A DNA stretch of 63,973 nt, counting the filler, from Thelocarpon superellum (Eukaryota): assembly GCA_026025795.1 (NCBI GenBank). It is 13 parts of 13 records of this genome, joined end to end, with 100 filler letters (N's around TTAATTAATTAA, not from the genome) between each part and the next. Parts side by side here need not be neighbours in the genome. Positions count along the whole stretch, not along the records: positions 45,572 to 50,450 come from JAPEUG010000731.1; positions 50,551 to 55,332 come from JAPEUG010000732.1; positions 55,433 to 60,187 come from JAPEUG010000733.1; 10 more parts are not named here. One strand, 5' to 3'. Below are positions 48,494-60,287 of this stretch, piece after piece. The stretch's first letter is position 1, and the number at the start of each line of letters is the position of its first letter. Under the pieces are notes generated by a model. The model was not told the origin of the DNA and made no database searches. It saw only the letters and a program-made list of their open reading frames with translations. Both the position numbers and the translations under genes were made by a program.

Positions 48494-50245
48494 ATGAAAA
48501 GGGCACGAAGGGGAGACACAGACGATGAATGTCCTCCAATAAAACGCACGAGAACACTCTCGAGGGACCGACTCTCCAACGTGACGGACGAAGTGCTCCT
48601 CCGAATTCTATCCTACGCGCCCGTCTCGACGTTGGTGGTCTGCCAAAGGTATGTGTTGACATCCACCGCACCCAACATGGCCACTGATCCTTCCCATAGA
48701 GTCTCTCACCGCCTTCATAGTATTGCGGGTGACTCACAGCTATGGAAATCAGCCTACTACAACCGCTTCGTCCGCCCTCGTGCCTCCCGGATTCCTGGCA
48801 TCAGAGACGAGGCCAGCCTGGCGGATCGTCTGCATTTCTCGTCCAAAGCGTCACGGTGGCTGCATGATGAGACGCTGGTGCAGCGAGGAAGCGAGACGGA
48901 TTGGAAGCGGCAGTACAAGCTTCGACACAACTGGGCCCGGGGAAGCTGCGACGTCCAGGAGATTGAGGTGGCGGAGCAAGCGCCCATCCCCCCTCTACTC
49001 GTGCAACTGCACGAAGGAATTGCCGTTACTGTGTCGGCCTCGGAGGGTCTGTGCGCCTGGAGTGTCACGGGCGAACAGAACCTAGTGGCAGCTTCACCCC
49101 TTACTCTAGATGGCTTGCCCCCGCCGCTCGTGCCGCGGCCCACGTCGCTCGCGATCGACAGCCCGTCAGCGGCCGACGCTCGGAGGCTGACTGTCGTCGT
49201 CGGATTCGATGACGGCCGCTTCAGTTTGTACGAGCGGGAGGGTGACGAGGCCACCTTCCGACCCCGCTACACCCATGCGCCGTCGTCCAACGGGATGATC
49301 TCAGCGATGGCCTTCTCCTCGCCCTACCTGCTCACGCTCACCGAGGGCCGACTCCTCTCTTTATACACCTTCACGATATCGTCAGAGTCAGGCAAGGACC
49401 GACCCGTCCTCGACCCCCCGCGACTGCTCTCGTCCCTCAAGTCTCACACGGTCTGGCCACCGCTTACGTCATCGCTCCGGGTGAACTCAGGCGTCATCGT
49501 GGCTTCGATTGCCTATGCCCTGCCCACCTACTTGTCCGGATGGAGCGTGGGCCTACAGGAGCTTCGCATCGCCGCAGATGGAGCGATCATGGACTCGCGC
49601 TTAGCAAGTGCAGTTAGTGCGGGGTTCACGCCGCTCTCGCCGGCGCTGTCTCCGTCGAGTTCACCAGCCTATGCACCATCCCCGCCTGATCGCTCCGCCG
49701 GTCCGGTCTCCAAGTTGGCCCTGACCAAGCCGACGTCGTTATCGTACACCCATCCCTACCTGCTGGCCAGCCACCCAGACAACACCCTGACCCTCTATCT
49801 CGTCACCTCGACCTCGTCCCAGCTCGTCGTGAGCAGTGGGCGTCGATTGTGGGGCCACACGTCGTCGGTGTCGGGGGCGCACGTAGGTGGACGCGGCAAG
49901 GCCGTGTCGGTGAGCTCACGTGGGGATGAATTGCGCGTGTGGGAGCTCGAGGGTGGCATCCGGACGGCAGCGTCACGGCGCCGCTGGCCCGCGGGCGAGA
50001 TGAGCGTGCAGGTCCGAGTCGAGAGGCGAGAAGCGACGGGGGCATCGCGGGCGTCGCGGGCGAAATCGAGCGCAGCGGACGGACTGGAGGTCGTGTCACC
50101 GCAAGGATTGGCGGCCGCACTGGGCAAAGGGCTGGGCGAGGTACGAGTGACGCGAGGATGGGTGGGTTTTGATGAGGAGAAGGTGGTGGTGTTGCGCGAG
50201 AAAGCGCGGGGCCGTCAGGCCTTGTTTGTCTACGATTTTACGTGA
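48494..50245 (+). CDS. F-box protein with beta-propeller (WD40-like) C-terminus
   Basis: LSNVTDEVLLRILSYAPVSTLVVCQRVSHRLHSIAGDSQLWK F-box after removing intron 48649-48699; WKRQYKLRHNW and LWGHTSSVSG..LRVWELE. Confidence 0.88.
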   Translation: MKRARRGDTDDECPPIKRTRTLSRDRLSNVTDEVLLRILSYAPVSTLVVCQRYVLTSTAPNMATDPSHRVSHRLHSIAGDSQLWKSAYYNRFVRPRASRIPGIRDEASLADRLHFSSKASRWLHDETLVQRGSETDWKRQYKLRHNWARGSCDVQEIEVAEQAPIPPLLVQLHEGIAVTVSASEGLCAWSVTGEQNLVAASPLTLDGLPPPLVPRPTSLAIDSPSAADARRLTVVVGFDDGRFSLYEREGDEATFRPRYTHAPSSNGMISAMAFSSPYLLTLTEGRLLSLYTFTISSESGKDRPVLDPPRLLSSLKSHTVWPPLTSSLRVNSGVIVASIAYALPTYLSGWSVGLQELRIAADGAIMDSRLASAVSAGFTPLSPALSPSSSPAYAPSPPDRSAGPVSKLALTKPTSLSYTHPYLLASHPDNTLTLYLVTSTSSQLVVSSGRRLWGHTSSVSGAHVGGRGKAVSVSSRGDELRVWELEGGIRTAASRRRWPAGEMSVQVRVERREATGASRASRAKSSAADGLEVVSPQGLAAALGKGLGEVRVTRGWVGFDEEKVVVLREKARGRQALFVYDFT

Positions 50246-50450
50246 TGATGAACAACATCATGACGAATGATCCCCGTCCATGGAGATCCACCAGACATTA
50301 TTCGTAGCGGCTAGCATTGGCCGTCGCGCATCAGACGGTGGGCGGAACCGATCTGTGATCTGCGCCGTCGTGCCCCCACGTGCATGCCGCGACGGGCGGC
50401 TCCGGAAATGCTCAAGTGAGGGGCATCTTGGAAGGGTCTACCTAGGCCGG

Positions 50451-50550
50451 NNNNNNNNNNNNNNNNNNNNNNNNNNNNNNNNNNNNNNNNNNNNTTAATT
50501 AATTAANNNNNNNNNNNNNNNNNNNNNNNNNNNNNNNNNNNNNNNNNNNN
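50451..50550. other. Artificial contig linker
   Basis: 44 N + TTAATTAATTAA + 44 N. Confidence 0.98.
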
Positions 50551-50580
50551 TTGACGTTGTGGTTCTCCCGCTATCCCGTC

Positions 50581-51861
50581 ATGGCTGCGCCGGCGTCTCT
50601 CCTCTTACTTCCGCCACCGCCTTTCCCGGCGACGTATACGTCGCTGAGACGGGCGTATGGGCACGCGTTCACACAGGTGCTGGTCGAGCTGGCAGCCGAG
50701 GAGAGCCCCTCGGGTCGCGCGACTGCCCTCGAGATTGCCTACCTCTGCCCGCACGTGCAAGGGGATGCCACCGTCCCTCGAGGCCAGCTCTTCGCTCAGA
50801 CCCAAGAGCTCGTGGAGTCGCTCTACCGCCTCGTGTGCGTCATTGCCGCGAAAGAGGGCATCGACGGTGAGGGCCCGGCAGGCGTGGACGTGCGCGTGCT
50901 GCTTTTGGCCGCCGTAGGCGAGCCCGCGACACCCGATGAGATCAGGGTGTTGAACCCGCCAGGCCTCGGCGGACCCATCATTGACCTTCACACCCTAGCT
51001 GCCTCCGCACGACCATGGCGGAGGATCTACGTGCCGCATGGGAAGCCTGGGGATGCCGTGCTGCGCGCGTTCCTCAATCGGATCGATCGTTTACTAGGCA
51101 AGGAACGACCGCCGTGGACGATTCAGCGGCTGGAGGCCGATCTGGACGGACTCCAGCCCGCAGCAGCAGAAGCAGCGGTGGCGGACGAGGCTCACGGGAA
51201 TGAGGACGAAGGCGCTCGACACGTTACCGTGGCTGTGGGCGGCACCTTCGACCACTTGCACGCGGGCCACAAGCTGCTGCTGACGATGGCCTTGCTGCTC
51301 TTGGAGCCGGCGACATCGGCCAAGGCGACGGAGCGACGTATGGTCGTGGGCGTGACGGGCGACGCGTTGCTGGAAAACAAAAAATATGCCGAGTTTCTGG
51401 ACGATTGGCCGACGCGGCAGGCGTCCGTGGCGTCGTTTGTGCAGGCCATCGCCGACTTCCGCCCCCCGAGTGCGCGGGGGCCGGCAGCTACGGAGACGTC
51501 GATCGCGGCCACGGCACTGCATGGACGGGCGGCATCAACGACCCTAGGCCCGGCGCTGAGGCTTGAGTGCGTGGAGATCTCGGATCCCTTTGGCCCCACC
51601 ATCACCGACGAATCCATCTCGGCCCTCGTCGTCTCGGCCGAGACGCGAAGTGGCGGCGACGCGGTCAATGGCAAACGTGCGGAGCTGGGCTGGGCGGGAC
51701 TGGCCATCTACGAGGTCGACGTGCTGTTTGCCCTCGAGGAGGGCGAGGGGGGGCAGGATGCGAGGGTGGAGCGGTCGTTTGAGAGCAAGATTAGCAGCAC
51801 CGCGATCCGTCGTGACTGTAGCGAACGGGCGAGGCCGGCACGCCACGTTGGCTCGACGTGA
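50581..51861 (+). CDS. CAB4: Phosphopantetheine adenylyltransferase (CoA biosynthesis)
   Basis: VAVGGTFDHLHAGHKLLL (HxGH motif), ISDPFGPTITDESISALVVSAET and KISSTAIR. Confidence 0.92.
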   Translation: MAAPASLLLLPPPPFPATYTSLRRAYGHAFTQVLVELAAEESPSGRATALEIAYLCPHVQGDATVPRGQLFAQTQELVESLYRLVCVIAAKEGIDGEGPAGVDVRVLLLAAVGEPATPDEIRVLNPPGLGGPIIDLHTLAASARPWRRIYVPHGKPGDAVLRAFLNRIDRLLGKERPPWTIQRLEADLDGLQPAAAEAAVADEAHGNEDEGARHVTVAVGGTFDHLHAGHKLLLTMALLLLEPATSAKATERRMVVGVTGDALLENKKYAEFLDDWPTRQASVASFVQAIADFRPPSARGPAATETSIAATALHGRAASTTLGPALRLECVEISDPFGPTITDESISALVVSAETRSGGDAVNGKRAELGWAGLAIYEVDVLFALEEGEGGQDARVERSFESKISSTAIRRDCSERARPARHVGST

Positions 51862-53970
51862 CGACGTGGGCGAGTGCAGGTGAGGGAACCGGGCATTGGC
51901 CGCGGGAGGTGGTTATCGCTAGTCGACACCCGCGTGGGCGTTGATATCGTGCTTCCACGGCTCGGCTTAGCGGTGTGCGGCCCTGCGGTAGGGTGCAAGA
52001 GGGGCCATCGTACCGAAGGACAGGCCGCGGCGGAGACAAGCGCGCTGCGCACGGGCGCACGGGCACGGGCGTCCAAGGCCGCTGACGTCGTGCCATTACG
52101 GCATGTTTGGAAGGGATGAGGATTGGCGAGGTGCAGCAACGGCGATGCCTCAATGCGTCCGCCTCCACCGACATGGCCGATGTACCAGTACGACGAGGGC
52201 CTGGGTGCGCGATGCACGACGCACGATGCAATCCCCTGGACTCCAACGTGCCTAGTTTGGGGCAGACGTACAAGAGAGTTAGTGAGCGGTAGTTCCACGG
52301 AGCGGTGACTTGGACCCCCATCCCAGCATCATGCATGCCCCCAGGCCCTGCCGGGAATCTGCTACCCGGGGATCTTGTCACCGTCTTGGGCCGAGTCCAA
52401 GCCTGGCGACGAGCCTGGCGACGGGAACCGACGGGGCCAGTCGTCGGTCTTTATGTGTAGTACACACCCGTCCACCGCCAAGCTCCAAGCTCAAGCTCCA
52501 AGCTCCGAGCGTGAGCGCGATCAGCACGCAGCTGCGGCCACCGCGCGGTGCGCGGTGCGCGACGCCGCAGGTGCCGGACGTGTACGAGTACAACTACCTG
52601 GACCGACTCTCGATCTTAAGACGGGCGGTGGTGGACAATATGACACGTCAAGTGCGTGCGTGTGGGCAAGTGGCCAGCTGCACGATGCCGGTCTCGGATC
52701 CAGGCGCTTACGGGGTCGCTGTCCGCCGCCAACGAGCCTCACGGGGCCGGCTGGGACCACTCGTCCTGCGACGACCACGACCGTCGAGCTCGGCGGGAGG
52801 AAATTAGACCATCGTCAGCGGACGCGGACGCGGCGACGCGATTGGACCAGAGGCCGCCCGGTGCGACCGATCTCGTCATGATGCGGAGCCGGGCGGCGCC
52901 TTATGGCCGATGGGCATCACGACGGCCGGTCCGCCGGGGAGCGCCGGGACCCAGTCGGGGTGATCCATGGCTCGTGGGCCATCATCGACGGGTGGTTCCG
53001 GCCCTAGGCGGCGTGATTCGCGGGGGATGGGGCTCGCGATGCTCGAAGGGGCGTGCGGAAGGCTCCAGGGCCAACCCGACCGACGTGCAGGGGATCAGCC
53101 GCAGCACGTAGCACGCAGCGCCCGGACGACCTCGCCAGGCCGATGCTGGTCCTCGCGTGCCGACCGGGGCGGAGACTGGTTCGGAACCAGTCAGTGGGAA
53201 ACGGCTAGGTCGCTAGTGGAGGATAGTTAAAAGTCTCACACCGGGTGCCTCCCCCCACTTCAACGAAACCTCCGTCCTCGGCTGTGCCCACCAGGGGCCG
53301 AGCCTTCTGCCCACCCCACCATCCATCGGCAGCCCTGCGTGCCATGCCCGTCCACGTCTCCCAGGCCATCGCCCGTCGCCATAGGCCACGAGGGTCCGGT
53401 CGAGCCTGATCCTGGCGCTTCTCGTGCGGGACCTAGTTCATCGTGCATCCCTTGATTCGGGTCGTTTTCGGTCATGTGATCGGTCGTGGACCAACGACGC
53501 TCCATCTTGACCCCCCTTCACCATGTCCGCCGTGCGTAGATCCATGTCAACGTTTCTTCTCCGATTCCCTGTCATTCGATCCCATCTTCTGTGGTAGCGC
53601 CTGGTGCCCATCCCATGCACGCAATCTGATCGGCCTCCGGCCCCGTTCCCGGGCATGTCTGTAGCCGACACGCTTTTCCTCCAGCGTGGCGTCGCCGCGA
53701 AAATAAATCTCGTCGATCGCGCTCACGTTCCCTTGGACCGCCTGTTACCGCATTCTCCCTCCTCTCATCCTACTTGCTCCATGTTGGCCCCATGTGCTTG
53801 TGCCATGGATCGTCTGTGAGTGCGACGTGCGACCTGCGGCCCTGTTCCCACTCCTCCCATCGCCTCCTCCTCCGGCGGCGTGCGCGAGGTGGACGTCGGC
53901 CCGGTGCTCCGATGCTGTACCCCGCACGGACGAGTCCACGGGAATCGACCTCTCGGCGGCGTCTGTGGGG

Positions 53971-55332
53971 ATGGAACGATTATCGAATGAGCTCCTTCAA
54001 GAGATCCTCGACTGCATCGGGGTCGATGCCGAGAGCACGGTGAGCATCGACCGTCGCGCCTATCTCTCCGTCGAGAGCTTTGCCGCGCCCAGCGCCCCCG
54101 CGCCGGCGCAGGCCCAGGACCTCGCGAGCTTCCGCTTGGTCTGTCGACGATTCGCCCGGCTGGGCCTGTCCCACCAGTTCACCCGCGTCACCACCCGCTT
54201 CTCCCGCCGAGGGTTCGCGCGCCTCGAGGGCATCGCCGGATCGGCTCACTTGGCACGGCAGGTGAAGAAATTCAGCTACATGGTGCCATGTTTCTATGTT
54301 CAAGGTGCGTGTGGCCGCCCACATGCCCAGGGGTGTGATCTGATGGCTGGCAGGACGGGAGCGCATCACGGAGCTCTTTCAGCAATTCCAGGCGGACCAG
54401 TTTCAGGGCGACCTCTCGTGTCTGGACGCGGCCCACTTCATCCGGAAGGCGCAAGATCAACGAGAAATCGTTGAGTCGGCGTGTGACCTCCAGGCGCTCA
54501 AATCGGCCATCTCGGCCTTCACCTCGCTCCAGCACGTCCAGATCCTGCGACTACAGGACGAGCCGGACCGGCTGTTATGGGAGTACATCCGCGAGCACCA
54601 CGACTCCGCGTCGGAGTATGTGGAGCTCAAGTGGATGCCAGCGTGTGTTCATGGCACGCGTACCATCTGCGAGGCGCTGCTGGAAGCCCAGTCTCCCTTC
54701 ACGCGCTTCTCCGGGCCGATGATGAACCCACAGAGCGTTTTGATCCTGCAGGACAACCCGGTGGAGAAGGTGTCCTCGCTGGCCAGTCGTCTCACCTGTC
54801 TCGAGCTGCACTTTGACGAGGGCTTCGATCTGGACCGGCGCATGCGCCAGCTCAGCCCCTTACTCCGGACCGTCTTTCACGCGGCCACCGGCATGTTGGC
54901 CGTGCACATTGGCTTTCCATCGCGCACCCCGCTCGCCCTCGCTCTGGAGGACATCTTTCACGACGTACGATGGGAGCGGCTCCGGGCATTCGGGATCCAG
55001 GCGTGGCGACTGGACGCCGAGGAAATCATCGCGCTCGCGCGACGACACCGGCGGACCCTGCGCGGTCTCCGCTTGCGCGACATCCTTCTGAAGGGATCCA
55101 GCCGGTGGAAGACGGTGCTCGGGATGCTGCGCGACGAGATGGAACAGTTGGACTGGGTCAGCCTGCGCCGCATCGGATACGCCCGCACATTTGACGAGCA
55201 CTTTGCCGGCACGATGGAAGTGCCGCCGGACCCGCCAGGCGGAGGCAGCGACAGCGACATTGAGGATGGATTTTCCACACACCTGGCCAACGATGACCAA
55301 GACGATCACGACAACGGCCCCAATATCGACAC
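53971..55332 (+). CDS. F-box-like protein with probable LRR/RNI-like repeats, 3'-truncated
   Basis: MERLSNELLQEILDCI..FRLVCRRFARLG F-box-like start, intron 54305-54353, and repeated LTCLEL / LRAFGI / LRGLRL segments. The start is uncertain. Confidence 0.75.
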
Positions 55333-55432
55333 NNNNNNNNNNNNNNNNNNNNNNNNNNNNNNNNNNNNNNNNNNNNTTAATTAATTAANNNNNNNNNNNN
55401 NNNNNNNNNNNNNNNNNNNNNNNNNNNNNNNN
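55333..55432. other. Artificial contig linker
   Basis: 44 N + TTAATTAATTAA + 44 N. Confidence 0.98.
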
Positions 55433-57875
55433 CACCCGATGGGAGAAATTCCTAGGAAATTAAGAAGCAATGCATTTCATGGCTTCAAAGGTAGAGGTAG
55501 ATACGAGATGGATGGACCCGATTGATCAATCCGACATGGTGTACCAAATCCACCATCTTCCGACCCCGCACCAGGTGTGGATGCCTGATTCGATCGTCGT
55601 CGGAAGTTCACCGCAGGCAGTATGATTCTCAAACCACTTAAGCAGTCGTACTTCCACGTGTTTCCAAGGGTCCGGGAGCATTGGTCAATCAGCTGCCTAG
55701 GTGACTACAAGACCGGTCATGGAGCCTTGACATTTAGATCTTGTAGGTACGCTACTATCCGGACGTACGGTCATACGCGTGGCGCATGGTGGGAGGCAAA
55801 GAAGTACGAAGAGTGCAAAAAGGGGACGCGAAAGAAAAGCAAAAACAAAAAAGCCAAAATGAAAAAGGAAAAGGAAAAGGGAGTAAGTGGATACTTATGC
55901 AAGAAGCCCCCCACAGGCTATCGGCGTCTCCGATGATTTGCGCCGCAGGCATCCGTTCGTCCACCCTAACTCCGCTTATTGGTTCCAGGTCCCACCCCAC
56001 TGGTCCGTGGCGGACCGCGGTTCTTCGACAGCCCTTCTGTAACCAGGAACAGGGATGCGCCCGGTCCTCCTGGCTTTCATCTCGCGTCGGGCGTGCGCAT
56101 CTGGACGTGCACGTACCCGTTTCACAATCTTCTTGGGGATTATGAAAGGCTTAAACTTGCGCCTCTACGTCCGCTGCAGGTCCCTCTCCTGTGCATTGGG
56201 CGATCGGGGTGGGTGCGGAAGATGCAAACCCTCGGACTACAAGGTGGAGGATCTTACGCGCCAGCACGATGATAGCTAGGCCGGCACCAGGTGAAAGTTA
56301 GAGAGCGCGAAGGGCATGCGACGATCAGTGATAAGGAGACGCAGAAGACCCAGGAGACGTAGGAGATCCAGGCCAGGCCTCTCGCTTCAAGCCTACCAGT
56401 CACATCTGGGCAGGGCCGGGAGCGAGTGATGGCATGACGGTGATGGGAAAGCATGTGTGCGACAAGGTGCCGGGGAAAGGGTTGACAGCGCACAAGGGTG
56501 ACAGGAAGCGGAAGACAGGTCCCATTTCGGAGGGTTCGAGGTGGTGGCGTGGCGAATTCCTCGCTCCTGTTCTTTGCTCCGTTCCCTGGTCGGCTCCCTG
56601 CTGGTCAACTGCCGACCTTGGGGGGCACCCCGGACGTGGATGGCGGTGGGCCGGGGGTTTTCCAGACTACGGTCATGTTAGTAGTACCCACGCTTAGGCG
56701 GATGTCCTCCAGTCCTATTTGTGCGCGGGAGGAAGGACGGCCCCTCTCCAGTGGCACGAGAGGTGGCAAACACCGGCTGCCGGGCTCACTAATGCAAGCG
56801 ATCCCACCCGAAGCACTCCACACGACGAGTCACGTCCGGTCAGACCCTTTCTCGTCAAGACTTGCCGCGGGCGCAAGCCGTGCCCGCGTCTCACGACCAG
56901 TGGGAGGGTCCTGTCCGCCAACACCTACTCCTCCGGCTGCCCCTCCAGGCGGTGGTGGCGCCCTCGTCGCCAACCGCTTGGCGGCCAGCGCCTGGCGAAC
57001 CCTCACCAAACTCGCCAACTGGTAAACGGTGCATGATGGGTGGTGGGTGGTAAGGGAAGAGAGATGATTTCCGAGACGTGCTGGCTTTTGCTCGCTCGCG
57101 ACGTGGGACGACGCCACGTCGACCGGCGGTCTGGCCGGCCCCATAAACTCCAGGATGTCATGCACCAGGTCCCTGACCTTGATGCATGGGCAAATTGTGC
57201 GGGATATACTTGTAGACTGACAGGTCGAAGTCGCCGGGGCAGAGGCTACCTGCTAGGAGGAGACCAAACGAGGTAGGATTTGGGCGTGGAGACGTGGACG
57301 GATCGTTGCGATGGAGAGACTGTTCTGGCGCCAGCCCGGCAGTCCGTCAGTCGCCCGTCCGTTGCACAAGTCGTCCATCCAATGAGATCAAGCGGACGTC
57401 CGTGGCATCCGTCGCATCCGTGGTCCACCTTGACGCCACCTGGGGCTATTCTAGACTACCCTGGCCCGCTGGGACGAAATGGGAGGTCATTCTCCACCCG
57501 GTACCACCGCCGATCTCGACCCTCGTCTGTCGTAGTGCCTGTCGTACAAACTGCCCTTTGCCCCCTCCATCTTCTCCTCGTCATCCACCACGTCCACGTC
57601 GACGTTGTACGGACAGGGTCCGACAGTCCAATCCTTCTCATTCACCCTTCTTGTACATCTTGTACATCTTGTACATCTTGCCCGACTTCTCCCTCTTCCC
57701 CACTCCCGCTGTACCTCACCACATGGCCAGCGACATTTCGAGTGGGTAGCGCAAAGGTTTGAGTGCTGCGTGCGACGGGCCTGTCCTCGGGCGAGGTGAA
57801 AGCGACGGCTCATCTCACGGTCCCTACCGCGTCGTGCTCAACCACATCCGCCCACATTGGCGCGAGGAGGGTGTG

Positions 57876-59650
57876 ATGGAGGGGTTCCTACTGGTGCCAC
57901 CGGATCGCAATACATTGTTGGGTCGATCGGCGTGGAAGGTGTGTGAGCTGAAAGTGCGAGTGACGTGGATGTAAGCTGACCGGACAGACTCGATATGTGG
58001 TCCTGGGACTCGATCTCTACAAAGCACCACCGCCGCTGTCGACCAAGACGTCCAGCAAATCCTCGAAGAACGCCCACGATAGTCGTCTACAGTCCTCTTT
58101 GAAGCAACTGAAGCTCACGTCGCGGAATACGTCGCTGGTGGACGTCAGTGAGGTCAACGAGAGTGATGGACACAGCCAGGAGGATACCCTGGTGCTATCC
58201 ATATACAAACAGAAGGTAGTTCGACTCTGCTGTGTCATGTCCCACCGGAGACTGACAATGCCAGGGTGACGCGCAACCACTGGCAAGATACACTGTCACG
58301 TCGATGAAATCCTGTACCGTGGACAACATGTCGTATCGGAAGAACAACTCGATCCAGCCGACGCTGGTGGTGCAATTCGGAGAGAACAAGGTGGAACGGA
58401 ATCGAGGCAGGCTCCGGTCGAGTCAATTGGACTTCAAGACCCGGTCAGACACCTTGCTCTTCCGGAGCCCGCAGGACAGTCCACAGTCGGTCTTGGACTG
58501 GCATGACGTGCTCCACCCGCATCTCCCCCCCCTCGGCCCTACCTCTCATTTCGACAGCAAGTTTTCCTTTTCCGACGGCAGCAGTCGACCGTCCTCGTCC
58601 ACCCCGCGGCCACCGATCCCCCGCTCACAAGACAGCCATGTCTCTGCGATGAGCAGCAACGCGGCGTCGCGCGTCCGCAGCCCGGCGCTCTCCATCCATT
58701 CCTCCCACACCGGAGATTCCCGCCATCACGAGCCCTCACCCCGCACCATGACCTTTGACCAGTCCCACGCCACAGTTGGGAAGGAGAACCGACCCATGTC
58801 ACCCGCGCGGCCGCGTGAGACGATCCTCGACCGCGCCTTCATGCTCAACTACGTCCCGACCGCGTCCATGCCGCTGAGCACGGACCCCGAGGACGAGAAG
58901 AACATGACGTCGCTCGCGCGCTTCGAAGCGCTCATGCAGGCCCTCGACGCCAGCAAGGCCATCGAGCGGCGTCGATCGTCCCACGCCCTCCCCGAAGACG
59001 CCAACCCGCACATCATCTCGTCGTCGGCGCAGCGCGCACTCGCCTTCATCTCCGCCGGCTCCAGCTCGGCCCGGATGCGCGGTCGCGGGGCCCGCTCACG
59101 ACCCACCTCGCTCGCGCTCCCCATGTCATCCAGTCGCAACTCGATGATCGACGAGCTATCGGAACGACGACGCAGCAGCATCAGCATTGCCCCGTCCCCC
59201 TCCACCAGCACGCTCCGGAGCAAGGGACCAAGCAGCCGGCATCTGAGCATCACGGACTTCACCCGGCGCTTCTCGTCGACCTTTCGAACGAGCACCATCA
59301 CCAGCACGACCACGACCGCGACCAGCACTACCAATGGCGCCAACGGAGACGGCGTGTCGAATCGCAGCTCGTGGGCCAGTGGGGGCAGCTTCGCATGCAG
59401 TGGTGAAGAGGGGGGAGAGGGGCGAGAGGAAGAAGGGGACGATGAGGGGTTGGAGATGGGCGACCGGACCGAGGTGTTAAGGGAGCGTTTTGACGCGGAG
59501 AGTCCAGGTGGCGGGATCATAGGAGGGGGCACAGGGGGAGGGGCGGGAAATGCAAATGCAAACGGGAATGCGACTGGGAACGGGAACGGGAACGGCAATG
59601 TCTATGTGAAACGAGCGTGGCGAATAAGCGGGGGAGCATTTGGTGTTTGA
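57876..59650 (+). CDS. Hypothetical protein with a PH-like N-terminal domain, 3 exons
   Basis: Introns 57939-57987 and 58216-58264 join MEGFLLVPPDR..AWK|TRYVVLG..LSIYKQK|GD..TLLFRS..VLDWHDVL, a PH-like pattern. An S/R-rich tail follows with RETILDRAF and SLARFEALM blocks. Confidence 0.78.
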
Positions 59651-59831
59651 GGCTGAGGTTGATCGATCGATTGAGGTGTCTCTATACCACTTCTTCTCCT
59701 TCTTTTCGTTCTCCTCTGTCATCTCTTGGCCGCTCTCATGTGATACAGAGCAGCTCGGCGGTGAAGTGTATAGTAGCGACATTTCAGACTCTAGAAGGAG
59801 CAGGCAGCAGATGCAGAACAAATCCGGCGCA

Positions 59832-60187
59832 TCAACGAGCGAGATCCCTCCCACTTCCTGCGCGAGAAGAAGACGAGGATAGAGGAACCTTGATAGCAGG
59901 CAACCCCCACCCCTGCGTTCCCGGGGGACCTTGGAGGGTAGGAATGACCCATGCTTCTTTCTCTCGTGCCTTGGCCTTCCCCCTCCCCTCCCTTCCCTCG
60001 GTGGTGCCATTCGTGGCGGTAGAAGTGGTGGTGGTACTGGACGAGGAGATCTTGACGGGTTTGCCGTATCGTAGTAACGGCGTGTGATCCGCCAACGAGA
60101 CGAGCGAGAGCGCATCGATGGGCGTGAGTGGGCTCATTCTCACTTTCACCCGCGTCCTTTCCATTTCACCCTCGCTATTTGTGGTAC
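59832..60187 (-). CDS. Probable 3' end of an unidentified gene, 5'-truncated
   Basis: Frame is open from the contig edge (..LSLVSLADHTPLLRYG...WVIPTLQGPPGTQGWGLPAIKVPL..*) and convergent with the preceding gene. Family not recognised. Confidence 0.5.
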
Positions 60188-60287
60188 NNNNNNNNNNNNN
60201 NNNNNNNNNNNNNNNNNNNNNNNNNNNNNNNTTAATTAATTAANNNNNNNNNNNNNNNNNNNNNNNNNNNNNNNNNNNNNNNNNNNN
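60188..60287. other. Artificial contig linker
   Basis: 44 N + TTAATTAATTAA + 44 N. Confidence 0.98.

Noticed and set aside
5051..60287. Regularly spaced TTAATTAATTAA palindromes about every 5 kb, as a possible repeat array or attachment site
   Set aside because: Always centred in an identical N pad, encodes stops in all six frames, cuts through genes, and separates contigs sorted by decreasing length. It is a concatenation linker.
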